From Candidatus Colwellbacteria bacterium CG10_big_fil_rev_8_21_14_0_10_42_22 (GTDB taxonomy: Bacteria; Patescibacteriota; Minisyncoccia; UBA6257; Colwellbacteraceae), in the NCBI GenBank assembly GCA_002773725.1, contig PFAH01000005.1:17456-81455 (forward strand): 64,000 nt of DNA, given 5' to 3'. A program made the translations under genes and the position numbers. The first letter of the stretch is position 1, and every line of letters begins with the position of its first letter. This document shows positions 47,856 through 58,233 of the stretch, one piece after another. Under the pieces are notes generated by a model. It had not been told where the DNA came from. It saw only the letters and a program-made list of their open reading frames with translations, and searched no databases.

Positions 47856-48492
47856 TATCTCTCATGCCCGCCCTTCTTAGCGTCTTTAGTGCTTCATTAA
47901 TTGTTGCTCCAGTCGTATAGACATCATCTACTAATAATATCGATCCCTTAAGATCGAGTTTTCTATTCACCCTAAAGCAATTTGCAACGTTTTGTTCGCG
48001 CCCCTTGTTATTTTTTATCTCCGTCTGTCGTCGTGTGTTCTTAGGCCTAGAGAGCAGTTCTCCGGAAATAGGCAATTTTAGTTTTTTACTCAAAACTTTT
48101 GCTATCAATAAAGATTGATTAAAACCCCTTTTCCTAAGACGATTCTTGTGAAGGGGGATGGGAATCAGGATTGTTTGTTTTTGCAATTCATCACTAAAAA
48201 TATCTAAATAAACCTCTATAATCCTCTCTATCGTCGGCATCGCATTTTGATGTCCTCCGTATTTTAAGTGATGAATTAATTTTTGGAGAGGCCTAGATGT
48301 ATATGAGCCGACTGCATAAAATCTGTTGCCACCTGGCAGATGAAAGGCGTTTTTGAATATGAAAATGTCACCAAAACATTTCTCACAGAGCAGATTTTCT
48401 CTAGACAAAGAGTTTTCCAGATAAACCCCACATTCCAGACAGACAGACGGGAAAAGAATATCTAATAATTGTTCCCAAACTTTCACGGGCAT
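47824..48492 (-). CDS. comFC: competence protein ComFC (phosphoribosyltransferase-type)
   Basis: N-terminal zinc finger CLECG...CEKC and PRTase motif ILLVDDVYTTGATINEA. Confidence 0.8.
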   Translation of the reverse strand: MPVKVWEQLLDILFPSVCLECGVYLENSLSRENLLCEKCFGDIFIFKNAFHLPGGNRFYAVGSYTSRPLQKLIHHLKYGGHQNAMPTIERIIEVYLDIFSDELQKQTILIPIPLHKNRLRKRGFNQSLLIAKVLSKKLKLPISGELLSRPKNTRRQTEIKNNKGREQNVANCFRVNRKLDLKGSILLVDDVYTTGATINEALKTLRRAGMRDISVFVLAKAG

Positions 48493-48541
48493 AAATGCTC
48501 CTTATGCTACAATTCTACTAATAGAGTATAACTCGAAAAGA

Positions 48542-49621
48542 ATGTTTAACCTGTCCAAATTTATACCCGTTTCATCCCAAAACATATTGGGCATTGATAT
48601 AGGAACCGCCTCTATTAAGGCGGTTGAATTAACTAAGTCAAAGAAAGGTATTCGCCTTGTGAACTACGGCATTCTAGAAGCCAGTGGACATCTAGAGCGC
48701 ATCAACGATGCTCTCCAAACCAGTAATTTAGAGTTGATGGATAGCGAGACCGCCAGCACTCTAATTGCTCTTTTGAAAGGGATGAAGACCCAGACCAAGG
48801 ACGTAGCCCTATCTTTGCCCGCCTTCTCTGCTTTTACTTCTCTTTTAGAATTACCCGATATGAGCCCCGAAGAGACGACTCAAGCTATGAACTATCAAGC
48901 AAAAGCATTGGTGCCGATGCCCCTAGATCAAGTCACTATAGATTGGTTAAAAATTGGAAAATTCAAAAATCCCCATGGAAATTTTGTCCAAAAAGTTGTC
49001 CTTATAGCCGTGCCCACTAAGCAAATTCGCAAATACCAGCATATATGTCAGCAGGCAGGATTAAATCTTAAGGCGTTGGAGTTGGAAACGGTTTCAATGT
49101 CTAGGGCTCTTACAGAGGGAGACAGTTCCCTCACTTTAATTGTGGACATTGGAGCTCGCTCCAGCGCTTTTGCTATCGCCAAAAATGGATTCTTAATTCA
49201 TTCAGCTCAGGCAGATTTTGCCGGCACCTCTCTTACGCACGCCCTAGCCAAAGGTTTGGGCATCAACGTATCGAGAGCAGAAGATTTAAAAAGACAAAAA
49301 GGATTAATGGGCACAGGGGGTGAATATGAAGTATCCACTTTAATGCTTCCGTATCTGGATGTTATAATTAGTGAAGCCAAACGGGTGATTGAGACCCACG
49401 AAAGAACAGCCCAGGAGAAAGTTGGGCGTGTCGTGCTTTCGGGTGGTTCAGCCAACCTGTTGGGGATTGAAAAATACGTTAGCGAAAAACTAAAAATACC
49501 CGCGGTCAAAGCAGATCCGTTTGGCACTAAAGTAGGTTACCCCGAGATAGCGACGCCCGTTTTAAAAATTGTAGCCCCGTCTTTATCTGTGGCTATCGGA
49601 TTAGGGACAAGAATTATTTAA
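48542..49621 (+). CDS. pilM: type IV pilus assembly protein PilM (actin-like ATPase fold)
   Basis: ILGIDIGTASIKAVEL N-terminal actin/Hsp70-like motif; PilM length and order. Confidence 0.85.
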   Translation: MFNLSKFIPVSSQNILGIDIGTASIKAVELTKSKKGIRLVNYGILEASGHLERINDALQTSNLELMDSETASTLIALLKGMKTQTKDVALSLPAFSAFTSLLELPDMSPEETTQAMNYQAKALVPMPLDQVTIDWLKIGKFKNPHGNFVQKVVLIAVPTKQIRKYQHICQQAGLNLKALELETVSMSRALTEGDSSLTLIVDIGARSSAFAIAKNGFLIHSAQADFAGTSLTHALAKGLGINVSRAEDLKRQKGLMGTGGEYEVSTLMLPYLDVIISEAKRVIETHERTAQEKVGRVVLSGGSANLLGIEKYVSEKLKIPAVKADPFGTKVGYPEIATPVLKIVAPSLSVAIGLGTRII

Positions 49622-49636
49622 CATAAAGAATATATA

Positions 49637-50203
49637 ATGCCCTCACAAATTCCACAGCTCACCCAAAACATTCAAGATCAGTTTTCTAATGCTAGAAGCT
49701 CTGTCGGGTGGCCGAAACAGCTTTTTACATTTGCCTTAGTCATCTTGGTGTCCATTCTTTTTATCTATGCAGGATTAGCTTTTGGGTATAAGGCGTTTTT
49801 GAACAATGAAATAGAAAAGGCGGATAGCGCTCTTCAGGAATTAAGCTCTAGAGTTACAGAAGAAGAGAAAGAAAGCTTAGCTGTTTTGAATTCTCAACTG
49901 ACCAATATTCGCACCCTCCTTCGTGAACATACATTTACATCACAGGGGTTTGCCCTATTGGAATCATTGACTCATCCCAACATTTCTTACACGGAGATGG
50001 ATCTGGTTATGGAAGATGGCAAGATATCTCTCGGGGGCATAGCCAATTCATACGATGACTTAGTGGCCCAGCTTACAATTTTAGAAGAATCACAATACGT
50101 TATCAGCTACAACCTAGAGGACTCTCAATGGAACAACGGTGTTATTCAATTTAACTTAGATATGTTTGTAACGGATAAGGTCTTTGAATTAATCAATACC
50201 TAA
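49637..50203 (+). CDS. pilN: type IV pilus assembly protein PilN-like
   Basis: Bitopic protein (TM LFTFALVILVSILFIYAGLAF) with coiled coil, directly after pilM. Confidence 0.55.
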   Translation: MPSQIPQLTQNIQDQFSNARSSVGWPKQLFTFALVILVSILFIYAGLAFGYKAFLNNEIEKADSALQELSSRVTEEEKESLAVLNSQLTNIRTLLREHTFTSQGFALLESLTHPNISYTEMDLVMEDGKISLGGIANSYDDLVAQLTILEESQYVISYNLEDSQWNNGVIQFNLDMFVTDKVFELINT

Positions 50204-50207
50204 GAAA

Positions 50208-50771
50208 ATGAAACCGGCAGCCCAAAGATTATTAGGAATCCTAACCAGCTTTTTACTTTTTGTAGCAACTCTAGTGATCTACTCATCCCTACTATTACCC
50301 GAGTATCAAGACATTCAAGAACTGCGTGGCACCCTTAAGTCCACCAAAGCCGTTTTTAATCAAGAAGAAGTGGCAGTGGCTGGTGTTGAAGGACTCCTAG
50401 AGCGTTACGACAGCATATCAGAGATAAGAAAAACGGTTGATTTAAGATTGCCTGGAGAAGAAAATCAAGCGTCAGCTATCAACCAAATTAGGGGAGCGGT
50501 TATATCCAGCGATATGCTTTTGAATTCATTGTCCGTAAGACCTTTGGCCATAGAAGTTAGTGAAAGTCCTTCGCCCGGCGTGGTAAGGCCTATTGGCTCA
50601 ATGAGAGTTTTGGTTGATATAACTGGTGATTATCAATCTTTGAAAACCTTCCTAGAGTCCATCGAAACCAACGTTAGATTTATGGAGGTTCATTCTCTCC
50701 GACTGCAAGAGGGAAGCACCAGCGGACCTTACAACTACCAACTTGAAATAGATACATTCTATCAATTTTAA
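50208..50771 (+). CDS. pilO: type IV pilus assembly protein PilO-like
   Basis: Bitopic protein (TM LLGILTSFLLFVATLVIY), coiled coil and C-terminal domain, in the pilM-N-O order. Confidence 0.5.
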   Translation: MKPAAQRLLGILTSFLLFVATLVIYSSLLLPEYQDIQELRGTLKSTKAVFNQEEVAVAGVEGLLERYDSISEIRKTVDLRLPGEENQASAINQIRGAVISSDMLLNSLSVRPLAIEVSESPSPGVVRPIGSMRVLVDITGDYQSLKTFLESIETNVRFMEVHSLRLQEGSTSGPYNYQLEIDTFYQF

Positions 50772-50773
50772 AA

Positions 50774-51064
50774 ATGGCATTTTCATTCAACGACAATTCA
50801 AACAACAAAAACTTAATGGGTACCATTGGCGTGGTGATTATTATCTTACTTTTGGCCTTGGGCGCATACCTCCTCTTTTTTGCCGAAGAGCCATTTGTGG
50901 AAGTTCTTGCGCCATCTGAACTAGAGTCAGTTAGCGAACTATCTGAAATTGAGTTAGATGAGGGTCCACTTAAAGACAACCCAGTTTACCAAGTACTAAC
51001 AAACACAATTGAAGACATAGATCCAGGAGAACCGGGCAGAGATAATCCGTTCTCTCCGTTTTAA
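50774..51064 (+). CDS. small membrane-anchored protein (PilP-like position)
   Basis: 96 aa with a single TM helix and an acidic C-terminus; position only. Confidence 0.3.
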   Translation: MAFSFNDNSNNKNLMGTIGVVIIILLLALGAYLLFFAEEPFVEVLAPSELESVSELSEIELDEGPLKDNPVYQVLTNTIEDIDPGEPGRDNPFSPF

Positions 51065-51075
51065 ACAATACAGTT

Positions 51076-52815
51076 ATGGATGGCAACACCCTACTGAACG
51101 GCTTAACAGCAAAGGGTCTCTTAACACCCCAGAACAGCCAAAAACTTTTGGGCGAATCCTCTCAACTCGGCAAATCTGTTGAGGATTTGATTATAGACAG
51201 GCGTCTTGTTGATGATGTTGAGCTTGCCAAGGTTAAGAGCGAAATTATTGGCATTCCCTATACTAGTGTTGATGTGAAGACAATTACCCAAGACGTTTTA
51301 TCTCTAGTTCCAGAAAACACTGCTAAAACCTATGGAGTAGCGCCATTGAAACTTGATGGCAGAATGTTGGTCGTTGGTATGACGAGCCCACAAGACGCTA
51401 AAGCTCAAGAGGCGCTTCGTTTTGTCGCCAAGCAGAACCAAGTAAGCTTAGGAGTATATTTGATTTCCCACACAGATCTTGAGGCGGTTCTTAGAAGGTA
51501 TACCCCATACGAATCTGAAGTAGAACAGGCGGTTGCGTCTTTGCAACAAGATTCTAATAAAGCCATTGCCGCAGCTAAGGTGAAGCGTTCTTCAATTGAT
51601 GAAGGGGAGGAAATTGAACAAGAGGCGCCTATTATCAAAATTGTTGCCTCTACTCTCAAGTCCGCTGTTGAGCAGGGAGCATCTGATATTCACATCGAAC
51701 CACTAAAAGATAAATTACGCATCCGTTTTCGATTGGACGGTGATTTAAAAGAGGTTTCCAGTTTTCCGCTTAATATTCATGATGCGGTTGTATCTAGAGT
51801 CAAAGTTTTAACCGGTCTAAAGATAGATGAAGCTAGAGTGCCTCAAGATGGTAGATTTAGAGATACTATTTTTAATAAGGACATCGATTTTAGAGTAGCC
51901 ACCTTTCCAACCCCTCTCGGTGAAAAAGTTGCCATTAGAGTACTTGACCCAACCGTTGGCCTTAAAAATATTGAGAATCTTGGCTTAGTTGGCAAAAATG
52001 CAAAGATGGTTGAAAAGGCAATTGTTAGCCCCTACGGTATGGTTTTAGTAACCGGACCAACTGGTTCTGGAAAGACCACCACCCTCTATTCCATTTTACA
52101 GATGTTAAACAAAGAGGATGTAAATATTCTAAGTTTAGAAGATCCAGTAGAGTATTTTGTAAGTGGTGTTAACCAATCGCAAGTAAAGCCAGAAATTGGC
52201 TATACGTTTGCTTCGGGTTTAAGACAAATTCTAAGACAGGACCCGGACGTAATTATGGTGGGTGAAATACGCGATAACGAAACGGCGGAGCTAGCAATCC
52301 ACGCTGCTCTTACTGGTCATGTGGTACTCTCGACTTTACACGCCAACAACGCAGTCGGTGTTATCCCGCGTCTTATTGATATGGGAGTAGAGCCCTTCTT
52401 GGTGCCGGCAGCCCTCAACATCATGGTTTCCCAAAGGTTGGTTAGAAGAATTAATCCTAAATGTAGAGAAATGGTCGAGGCGCCACCCGAAGTACAAGAG
52501 ATTATCAAAAAAGAGCTTGAGAAACTCCCCGAAGTTATTAAACCATCTGTGGCAAAGTTTCAGCCACCCTACAAGATATACAGACCCAAAAAAGATTGTA
52601 CCGAGAAAGCGTTTAGTGGACGCATTGCTCTTTTTGAAGTTTTTGAAATGACGCGTGAATTAGAGGCGATTGTTAATGCCGACCCAACGGAAGGCAAAAT
52701 TTACGATGAAGCTAAGCGCCAAGGTATTGTATCTTTACGCCAAGACGGAATCATTAAAGCTCTCGAAGGCCTTATTAGCATGGAAGATGTTTTAAGAGAG
52801 ACGAGAGAGTCGTGA
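51076..52815 (+). CDS. pilB: type IV pilus extension ATPase PilB (GspE family)
   Basis: Walker A LVTGPTGSGKTTTL, Asp box, His box, tetracysteine-replaced region, N-terminal GSPII domain. Confidence 0.9.
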   Translation: MDGNTLLNGLTAKGLLTPQNSQKLLGESSQLGKSVEDLIIDRRLVDDVELAKVKSEIIGIPYTSVDVKTITQDVLSLVPENTAKTYGVAPLKLDGRMLVVGMTSPQDAKAQEALRFVAKQNQVSLGVYLISHTDLEAVLRRYTPYESEVEQAVASLQQDSNKAIAAAKVKRSSIDEGEEIEQEAPIIKIVASTLKSAVEQGASDIHIEPLKDKLRIRFRLDGDLKEVSSFPLNIHDAVVSRVKVLTGLKIDEARVPQDGRFRDTIFNKDIDFRVATFPTPLGEKVAIRVLDPTVGLKNIENLGLVGKNAKMVEKAIVSPYGMVLVTGPTGSGKTTTLYSILQMLNKEDVNILSLEDPVEYFVSGVNQSQVKPEIGYTFASGLRQILRQDPDVIMVGEIRDNETAELAIHAALTGHVVLSTLHANNAVGVIPRLIDMGVEPFLVPAALNIMVSQRLVRRINPKCREMVEAPPEVQEIIKKELEKLPEVIKPSVAKFQPPYKIYRPKKDCTEKAFSGRIALFEVFEMTRELEAIVNADPTEGKIYDEAKRQGIVSLRQDGIIKALEGLISMEDVLRETRES

Positions 52816-52832
52816 TATAATAACTTTGTAAA

Positions 52833-53903
52833 ATGGATTACAAGCAAAAACTCAACGAACTTCTTTTAAATACTGCTAAGCAAGGCGCATCTGACCTACA
52901 TATCGCGGTTGGCAGAAAACCAATGTTACGTATCGATGGTAGATTGGTAGATATTGCCAGCGAACCTATTTTGACTCCGGAGATGACTCAAGGTCTGACG
53001 CTTGCAATGCTGACAGACAAGCAGAAAGAGAAGCTTCTCCAACAGGGCGATTTGGACTTTTCATACAATTTTGAAGATAAAGCCAGGTTCAGGATTAATT
53101 CTTTCTTCCAAAAAGGATTTATGGCGTCAGCTCTACGCCTCATTCCGGCTGAAGTTAAAAACATTGACGACCTTGGACTTCCAAGCATCTTACACGAATT
53201 CACCAAACTCAATCAGGGCTTTTTCCTATGTGTAGGTCCTGCTGGACATGGTAAGTCAACCACTCTAGCGGCCATGCTAGACGAGATTAACCACTCCCGC
53301 ATGGATCACATCATCACTATTGAAGATCCAATTGAATACCTCTTTGTTCAAGATAGGGCTGTTTTTTCTCAAAGAGAAGTTGGGGCCGACACACCTAGTT
53401 TTCACCAAGGACTCAAATCTATTTTACGTCAGGACCCAGACGTTATCATGATTGGTGAAATGAGAGATGCAGAATCAATTTCCACTGCCATGACGGCTGC
53501 TGAGACGGGACATCTTGTTTTTTCCACGCTTCACACCAATTCCGCTTCCCAAACTATAGACAGAATTATTGATTCTTTCCCCGCTAATCAACAGGGGCAA
53601 ATCACTTCCCAACTATCTGCCACCTTAGTCGGCATCTTATCTCAACGTCTAGTGCCTAAAATCGATGGCGGAAGAGTACCAGCGGTTGAGGTAATGTTTG
53701 TAAACTCCGCAGTCAGGAATTTGATTCGTGAAAAAAAGGCATATCAGATAGATTTGGTAATTGAGACCAGCCTTCAGCAGGGAATGATGACCCTAAATAG
53801 ATCTTTGGCTCAGTTGGTTAAGGAAAAACAGGTCTCCCTTGAAGAAGCAGAACTCTATTCTCTTAATCCTTCAGAGCTAAGGATTCTCCTAGAGAAGATG
53901 TAA
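52833..53903 (+). CDS. pilT: twitching motility retraction ATPase PilT
   Basis: Walker A CVGPAGHGKSTTLAAML, PilT-length (356 aa), AIRNLIRE motif. Confidence 0.9.
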   Translation: MDYKQKLNELLLNTAKQGASDLHIAVGRKPMLRIDGRLVDIASEPILTPEMTQGLTLAMLTDKQKEKLLQQGDLDFSYNFEDKARFRINSFFQKGFMASALRLIPAEVKNIDDLGLPSILHEFTKLNQGFFLCVGPAGHGKSTTLAAMLDEINHSRMDHIITIEDPIEYLFVQDRAVFSQREVGADTPSFHQGLKSILRQDPDVIMIGEMRDAESISTAMTAAETGHLVFSTLHTNSASQTIDRIIDSFPANQQGQITSQLSATLVGILSQRLVPKIDGGRVPAVEVMFVNSAVRNLIREKKAYQIDLVIETSLQQGMMTLNRSLAQLVKEKQVSLEEAELYSLNPSELRILLEKM

Positions 53904-54044
53904 ATGAGCATCGAAATTAATAATTTTGCTATACGAATTCATTCCGCCCCCTATATCTATGGGTCTCTTTGGGAAGTTTGGTCGAGGGGTTTAGGGGGTT
54001 GGGATGCTCAATGTTATAGTTAAATCAACGACTTAAATAGCAAA

Positions 54045-55256
54045 ATGGCAAAGTTCAAGTACAAAGCTAGAAGCAAAACGGGTGAACTGCAAGTCGGATT
54101 CGTTGAGGGACCCGATCGTGAGACCGCCACTAATGTGCTTTTAACACATGGGCTTTTTGTGCTAAGTATCGAAGATGCTAGTCAAAAACAGTGGTATGAC
54201 AGAATCTTAGGTTTTTTCAACCGGGTTAAGCCCAAGGACATAATGATTTTCAGTCGTCAGTTTGCCACTCTTTTATCGGCCAAAGTACCCCTTAACAGCG
54301 CCCTTAGAACAGTTCATGGGCAAACGCAAAACTCTGCTCTAAGAGAGGTCTTGATAGAAATTTCAAACGATGTGGATGCTGGCCTTTCATTGTCTCAAGC
54401 CATGGAGAAACACTCGGACGTTTTTTCTCTTTTCTACGTCAATATGATTCGTTCGGCCGAGGTGACTGGAAAAGTAGAGGAGGCAACTGCCTATCTAGCT
54501 GATTATGTTGAAAAGCAGTCCGCTCTAGTTTCGAAAGTAAAAGGAGCCCTAATGTACCCCATTATCATGGTTGTCTTATTCATTGTTGTCGGAGGTGTCA
54601 TCACAACCGTTGTCTTGCCTCAAGTTGGTCCCATCTTTGAAGAGGCGGGCGTTGAGATACCATTCTTTACACAACTTCTTATGAATGCTGGAGAGTTTTT
54701 GGGTAACTGGTGGTGGATGGTGGTTTTTGGCATCGGTTTCATCGTATTTGTTCTCATTGATTATTTCAGAACTTCCGAAGGTAAGGTTGTGATAGATGAG
54801 GCAATTTTGAGAATGCCGGGCGTATCAACTCTTATCAAACAGCTTCAGGTAGCGCGTTTTTCCGAATCATTAGCCGTTCTTTTAAGGGGAGCTATCCCCA
54901 TTGCCCAAGCGGTAGAGATTACTGGGCAGACCATAGGTAGTGCCGCCTATGCTGATGTACTCAACGAATCGGCAGAAGATATTAGAAGAGGGGAGCTCTT
55001 ATCTCAATCACTTAATAAACATCCCGATTTTTTTCCACCCTTCGTTGGTCAGATGATAACTATCGGCGAAAAGACCGGACGTTTGGAAGAACTTTTACAA
55101 AGGATTGCCAGTTTCTATGAGAGAGAAGTGGACACCATGGTTGGCAACTTAGTCGAGCTCATTCAGCCAATTCTGATGATTGTCATCGGTCTTTTGGTTG
55201 GAGGGCTTTTCGCGTCTATACTTGTTCCTATCTATAACTTAGTCCAAACGTTTTAA
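54045..55256 (+). CDS. pilC: type IV pilus inner-membrane platform protein PilC (GspF family)
   Basis: Two T2SS-F repeats, 3 TM helices, 403 aa. Confidence 0.85.
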   Translation: MAKFKYKARSKTGELQVGFVEGPDRETATNVLLTHGLFVLSIEDASQKQWYDRILGFFNRVKPKDIMIFSRQFATLLSAKVPLNSALRTVHGQTQNSALREVLIEISNDVDAGLSLSQAMEKHSDVFSLFYVNMIRSAEVTGKVEEATAYLADYVEKQSALVSKVKGALMYPIIMVVLFIVVGGVITTVVLPQVGPIFEEAGVEIPFFTQLLMNAGEFLGNWWWMVVFGIGFIVFVLIDYFRTSEGKVVIDEAILRMPGVSTLIKQLQVARFSESLAVLLRGAIPIAQAVEITGQTIGSAAYADVLNESAEDIRRGELLSQSLNKHPDFFPPFVGQMITIGEKTGRLEELLQRIASFYEREVDTMVGNLVELIQPILMIVIGLLVGGLFASILVPIYNLVQTF

Positions 55257-55275
55257 TTTGATATAATAAAAAACA

Positions 55276-55716
55276 ATGAAGTCCAATAGGGGATTTACCT
55301 TAATTGAAATGCTCATCGTAATCGCAATCATTGCGATTCTTTCCGGTATTGTTTTGGTTGGAGTGACAGGTTTTCAGGCAAGCGCTAGAGACACCCAAGC
55401 CGTAGCTGATTTAAGATTCACCCAAAATTTAATCGAACTCTATTACACTAGAAATGGCTCATATCCAAGCGCCACCACTTGGTCCGGTTTAATAGGCGGG
55501 CTTACTGGGATACCCGGCGTTAATAAATTGCCTACAACAAGTAACTTTCGTTATACATCTTGTAGTTTTGATCAGGGATATTTATTGGCAGTTACGTTAG
55601 AGGGGGGTAATTCAGCTTCTAAGAACGATTATGCCGATGGTGAAGATCCCAGTATTTGTGAAGATTGGAGCACTAATGGGTGTGATGACGAAACGGTGTT
55701 TTGCTTAGAGCCCTAA
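55276..55716 (+). CDS. type IV major pilin
   Basis: MKSNRG|FTLIEMLIVIAIIAILSGIVL prepilin leader and methylation motif; C-terminal Cys pair (CEDWSTNGC). Confidence 0.8.
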   Translation: MKSNRGFTLIEMLIVIAIIAILSGIVLVGVTGFQASARDTQAVADLRFTQNLIELYYTRNGSYPSATTWSGLIGGLTGIPGVNKLPTTSNFRYTSCSFDQGYLLAVTLEGGNSASKNDYADGEDPSICEDWSTNGCDDETVFCLEP

Positions 55717-56570
55717 TTGTGAGCGTATTTAGTGCTATAGCTGTATTTTTCTTTGGAACTGCTATTGGCAGTTTTTTGAATGTGCTCGCCTCTAGATATT
55801 CTGAAAAAACGGGATTTAAGAAAGCTTTTAAGGGTAGGTCAAAATGTGACCAATGTAAAAAAACGCTCCGTTGGTACGAACTTGTGCCCATCTTGAGCTA
55901 TTTATTTTTGTTGGGTAAATGTCGGTCGTGTAAGAAGCCCATCCCTTGGCAATACACACTTGTAGAATTACTAGCCGGATTTTTAGCACTCGGTGTTTTT
56001 ATTAAGCTTGGAGCGGCGCCCTTGGCTCTTATATGGACCACTGTCTTATGGGCGCTTCTTTTGATGTCGGTTATTGATATACGTCTCAAGATTATTCCCG
56101 ACACACTTGTGGTTCTTATATTGATATTAAGTGTGGGCAAGCTTATATACCAAGATATCGCCAACCTGAATACATATATTCAAACTCAAAAAGGAGTAGA
56201 TCTACTGGGTCATTATTCCATACTAGCTACCAGCCAAAATGCACTTATTAATTATGTCATTGCCATATTGGTTGGCATTGCTCTTTTTGGCGGAATCTAT
56301 TATTTCAGTCGGGGCAAAGCTATGGGTCTTGGAGATGTTAAGTTAGTTGGAGCTTTGGGTTTTTTGATTGCTTGGCCAGACATTATAGTGGCGCTAATTA
56401 TGCCCTTCTTGATAGGGAGCGCCGTAGGGGTGCCGTTGATACTTTCTAAGAAACTTAAGTTCAAATCAAGCATTCCCTTTGGTCCATATATAGCCATAGG
56501 GGTTATTTTAACCTTCTTTTTCGGCTACAATATAGTTAATGCTTACTTCGAAGTTTTTAACTTCATCTAG
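55701..56570 (+). CDS. pilD: prepilin peptidase PilD (A24 family)
   Basis: N-terminal zinc-binding CDQC...CRSC and catalytic Asp motifs (DIRLKIIPD, GLGDVKL). Confidence 0.85.
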   Translation: MLRALIVSVFSAIAVFFFGTAIGSFLNVLASRYSEKTGFKKAFKGRSKCDQCKKTLRWYELVPILSYLFLLGKCRSCKKPIPWQYTLVELLAGFLALGVFIKLGAAPLALIWTTVLWALLLMSVIDIRLKIIPDTLVVLILILSVGKLIYQDIANLNTYIQTQKGVDLLGHYSILATSQNALINYVIAILVGIALFGGIYYFSRGKAMGLGDVKLVGALGFLIAWPDIIVALIMPFLIGSAVGVPLILSKKLKFKSSIPFGPYIAIGVILTFFFGYNIVNAYFEVFNFI

Positions 56571-57192
56571 AAAAAAATCTCGTCATCAAGGAGGATTTAC
56601 GCTCATAGAAGTAGCGGTAGTTATAGGCGTTGTCGCAATCTTATCATCTGCTCTTTTAGCATATAGTCGGCAGAACAACCGACAAATCCAGCTTATAAGT
56701 TCAGCTATTCGACTAGAGAATATAATATCCAGAGCTCAATTTTTGAGTTTACAATCTTACTTTGGAAGCGAATCCGTTTGTGCCCAAGGTGTCCGCATAG
56801 ATGGCCCTAATCAAGAAGTATTTATATATGAAGTCGGCGAAAGACAGGGGATAGACGGATGTTTAAATGGCACGGATAGAGAGATTGTAAAAAACAGATT
56901 ACTTTTTGAGAAATATACATATGTCAAAAACAACGATAACAGATTGGAGGGTGGCACCAATACACTATCCTTCAAAAGCGGAGAAATTGAGTTAAAGCCA
57001 TCAGATGACGTAGTAGATATTGTTTTTGTTCCGCCCCTTCCAGTTGTTGTAATTAATGGAGATGTATCTAGTGCTCCTGTTGAGGTGGGGGTTTCAGCAA
57101 CGTTTCAAGACGGCGATGGAGAAACCGAATGGGATATCCCGCTCACAATTAATAAAGAGGGTAAAATAGATGTCAATCTTAGAGGGAAATAA
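56539..57192 (+). CDS. minor pilin (prepilin-type N-terminal cleavage/methylation domain)
   Basis: GG|FTLIEVAVVIGVVAILSS leader; overlaps the pilD end. Confidence 0.6.
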   Translation: MLTSKFLTSSRKKSRHQGGFTLIEVAVVIGVVAILSSALLAYSRQNNRQIQLISSAIRLENIISRAQFLSLQSYFGSESVCAQGVRIDGPNQEVFIYEVGERQGIDGCLNGTDREIVKNRLLFEKYTYVKNNDNRLEGGTNTLSFKSGEIELKPSDDVVDIVFVPPLPVVVINGDVSSAPVEVGVSATFQDGDGETEWDIPLTINKEGKIDVNLRGK

Positions 57193-57712
57193 ATCAGGGC
57201 AGTTAATGGTGGAAGCGATGGTAGCTATCAGCTTGCTTTCTATTGGCATGCTGGGTACATTCGGCGTTTTATCTCAATCACTGGGCATCAGTCGCATAGC
57301 AGCCGATCAATATGTAGCAGCCAATCTGGCATCCGAAGGCATCGAGATAGTCAAAAACGAAATTGATGCCGAATATACAACTAGTGGGACTTTTGCGACT
57401 AACATATTTTCAAAAAATAATAAATTTTGCCCCGTTGATTACAAATCAGGTATTCAGAGTGGATGTAGAAACGCAGAGCCCACTAATCTAAAAAGTAATA
57501 ACATAGATCAGTTTCGTGTAAAGCAAGATGGATATGGTGTATACGGTTCAACGGGTGATCCAACGAGTTTTGTAAGATATGTCCATATAGAATGGATAGA
57601 GCCACACATAATAGAGGTTAAATCAACCGTTAAATGGATTGGTCGTGGCGGATTGGATTTTGATATAGAGGTTGCAGATAAGTTTTATAACTGGAGATCT
57701 CTCCCAGAATAG
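57170..57712 (+). CDS. minor pilin, PilV-like
   Basis: N-terminal GQLMVEAMVAISLLSIGMLG pseudopilin motif. Confidence 0.5.
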   Translation: MSILEGNKSGQLMVEAMVAISLLSIGMLGTFGVLSQSLGISRIAADQYVAANLASEGIEIVKNEIDAEYTTSGTFATNIFSKNNKFCPVDYKSGIQSGCRNAEPTNLKSNNIDQFRVKQDGYGVYGSTGDPTSFVRYVHIEWIEPHIIEVKSTVKWIGRGGLDFDIEVADKFYNWRSLPE

Positions 57713-57717
57713 AAGTT

Positions 57718-58233
57718 ATGTTAAAAGAAGGAGAAAATAAGAGATTTATCCCCACACCCAAGCGTAGGCGTGATGGATTCACAATTATGGAACTTTTGGT
57801 TGCTATGACTGTTTTCTTGGTGGTGGTTAGTATAGCTAGCGGTGTTTTTATGCAGGCACTTAGAACTCAAAGGAACATCACTAATCTTAGCGAATCCTTA
57901 AACAACATTAGTTTAGCGCTTGAAAGAATGTCTAGAGAGATGAGGTTTGCTTTTGGGTTTCCCCAGACGATTGATAGTAATCAGATAACATTCATCAACG
58001 CATCTGGTAGAACCGTCACCTACAAATTAAATGGTAAAGTTATTGAAAGACATCTCCTAGGCGAAGGGGCAGAAGCTATTACAGCCGAAGATGTCTATGT
58101 TTCAAACCTAAGATTTATCAGAAATGGTGGGACTAAGTCCCCAAGAATCACAATTGTCGCAGAGGTCACTGCCAATGATTCGCCCATTCAACTGCAAACT
58201 ACAATTAGCTCAAGAATATTAACGGACCAATGA
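57718..58233 (+). CDS. minor pilin (prepilin-type)
   Basis: RRDG|FTIMELLVAMTVFLVVVSIASGVF leader. Confidence 0.6.
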   Translation: MLKEGENKRFIPTPKRRRDGFTIMELLVAMTVFLVVVSIASGVFMQALRTQRNITNLSESLNNISLALERMSREMRFAFGFPQTIDSNQITFINASGRTVTYKLNGKVIERHLLGEGAEAITAEDVYVSNLRFIRNGGTKSPRITIVAEVTANDSPIQLQTTISSRILTDQ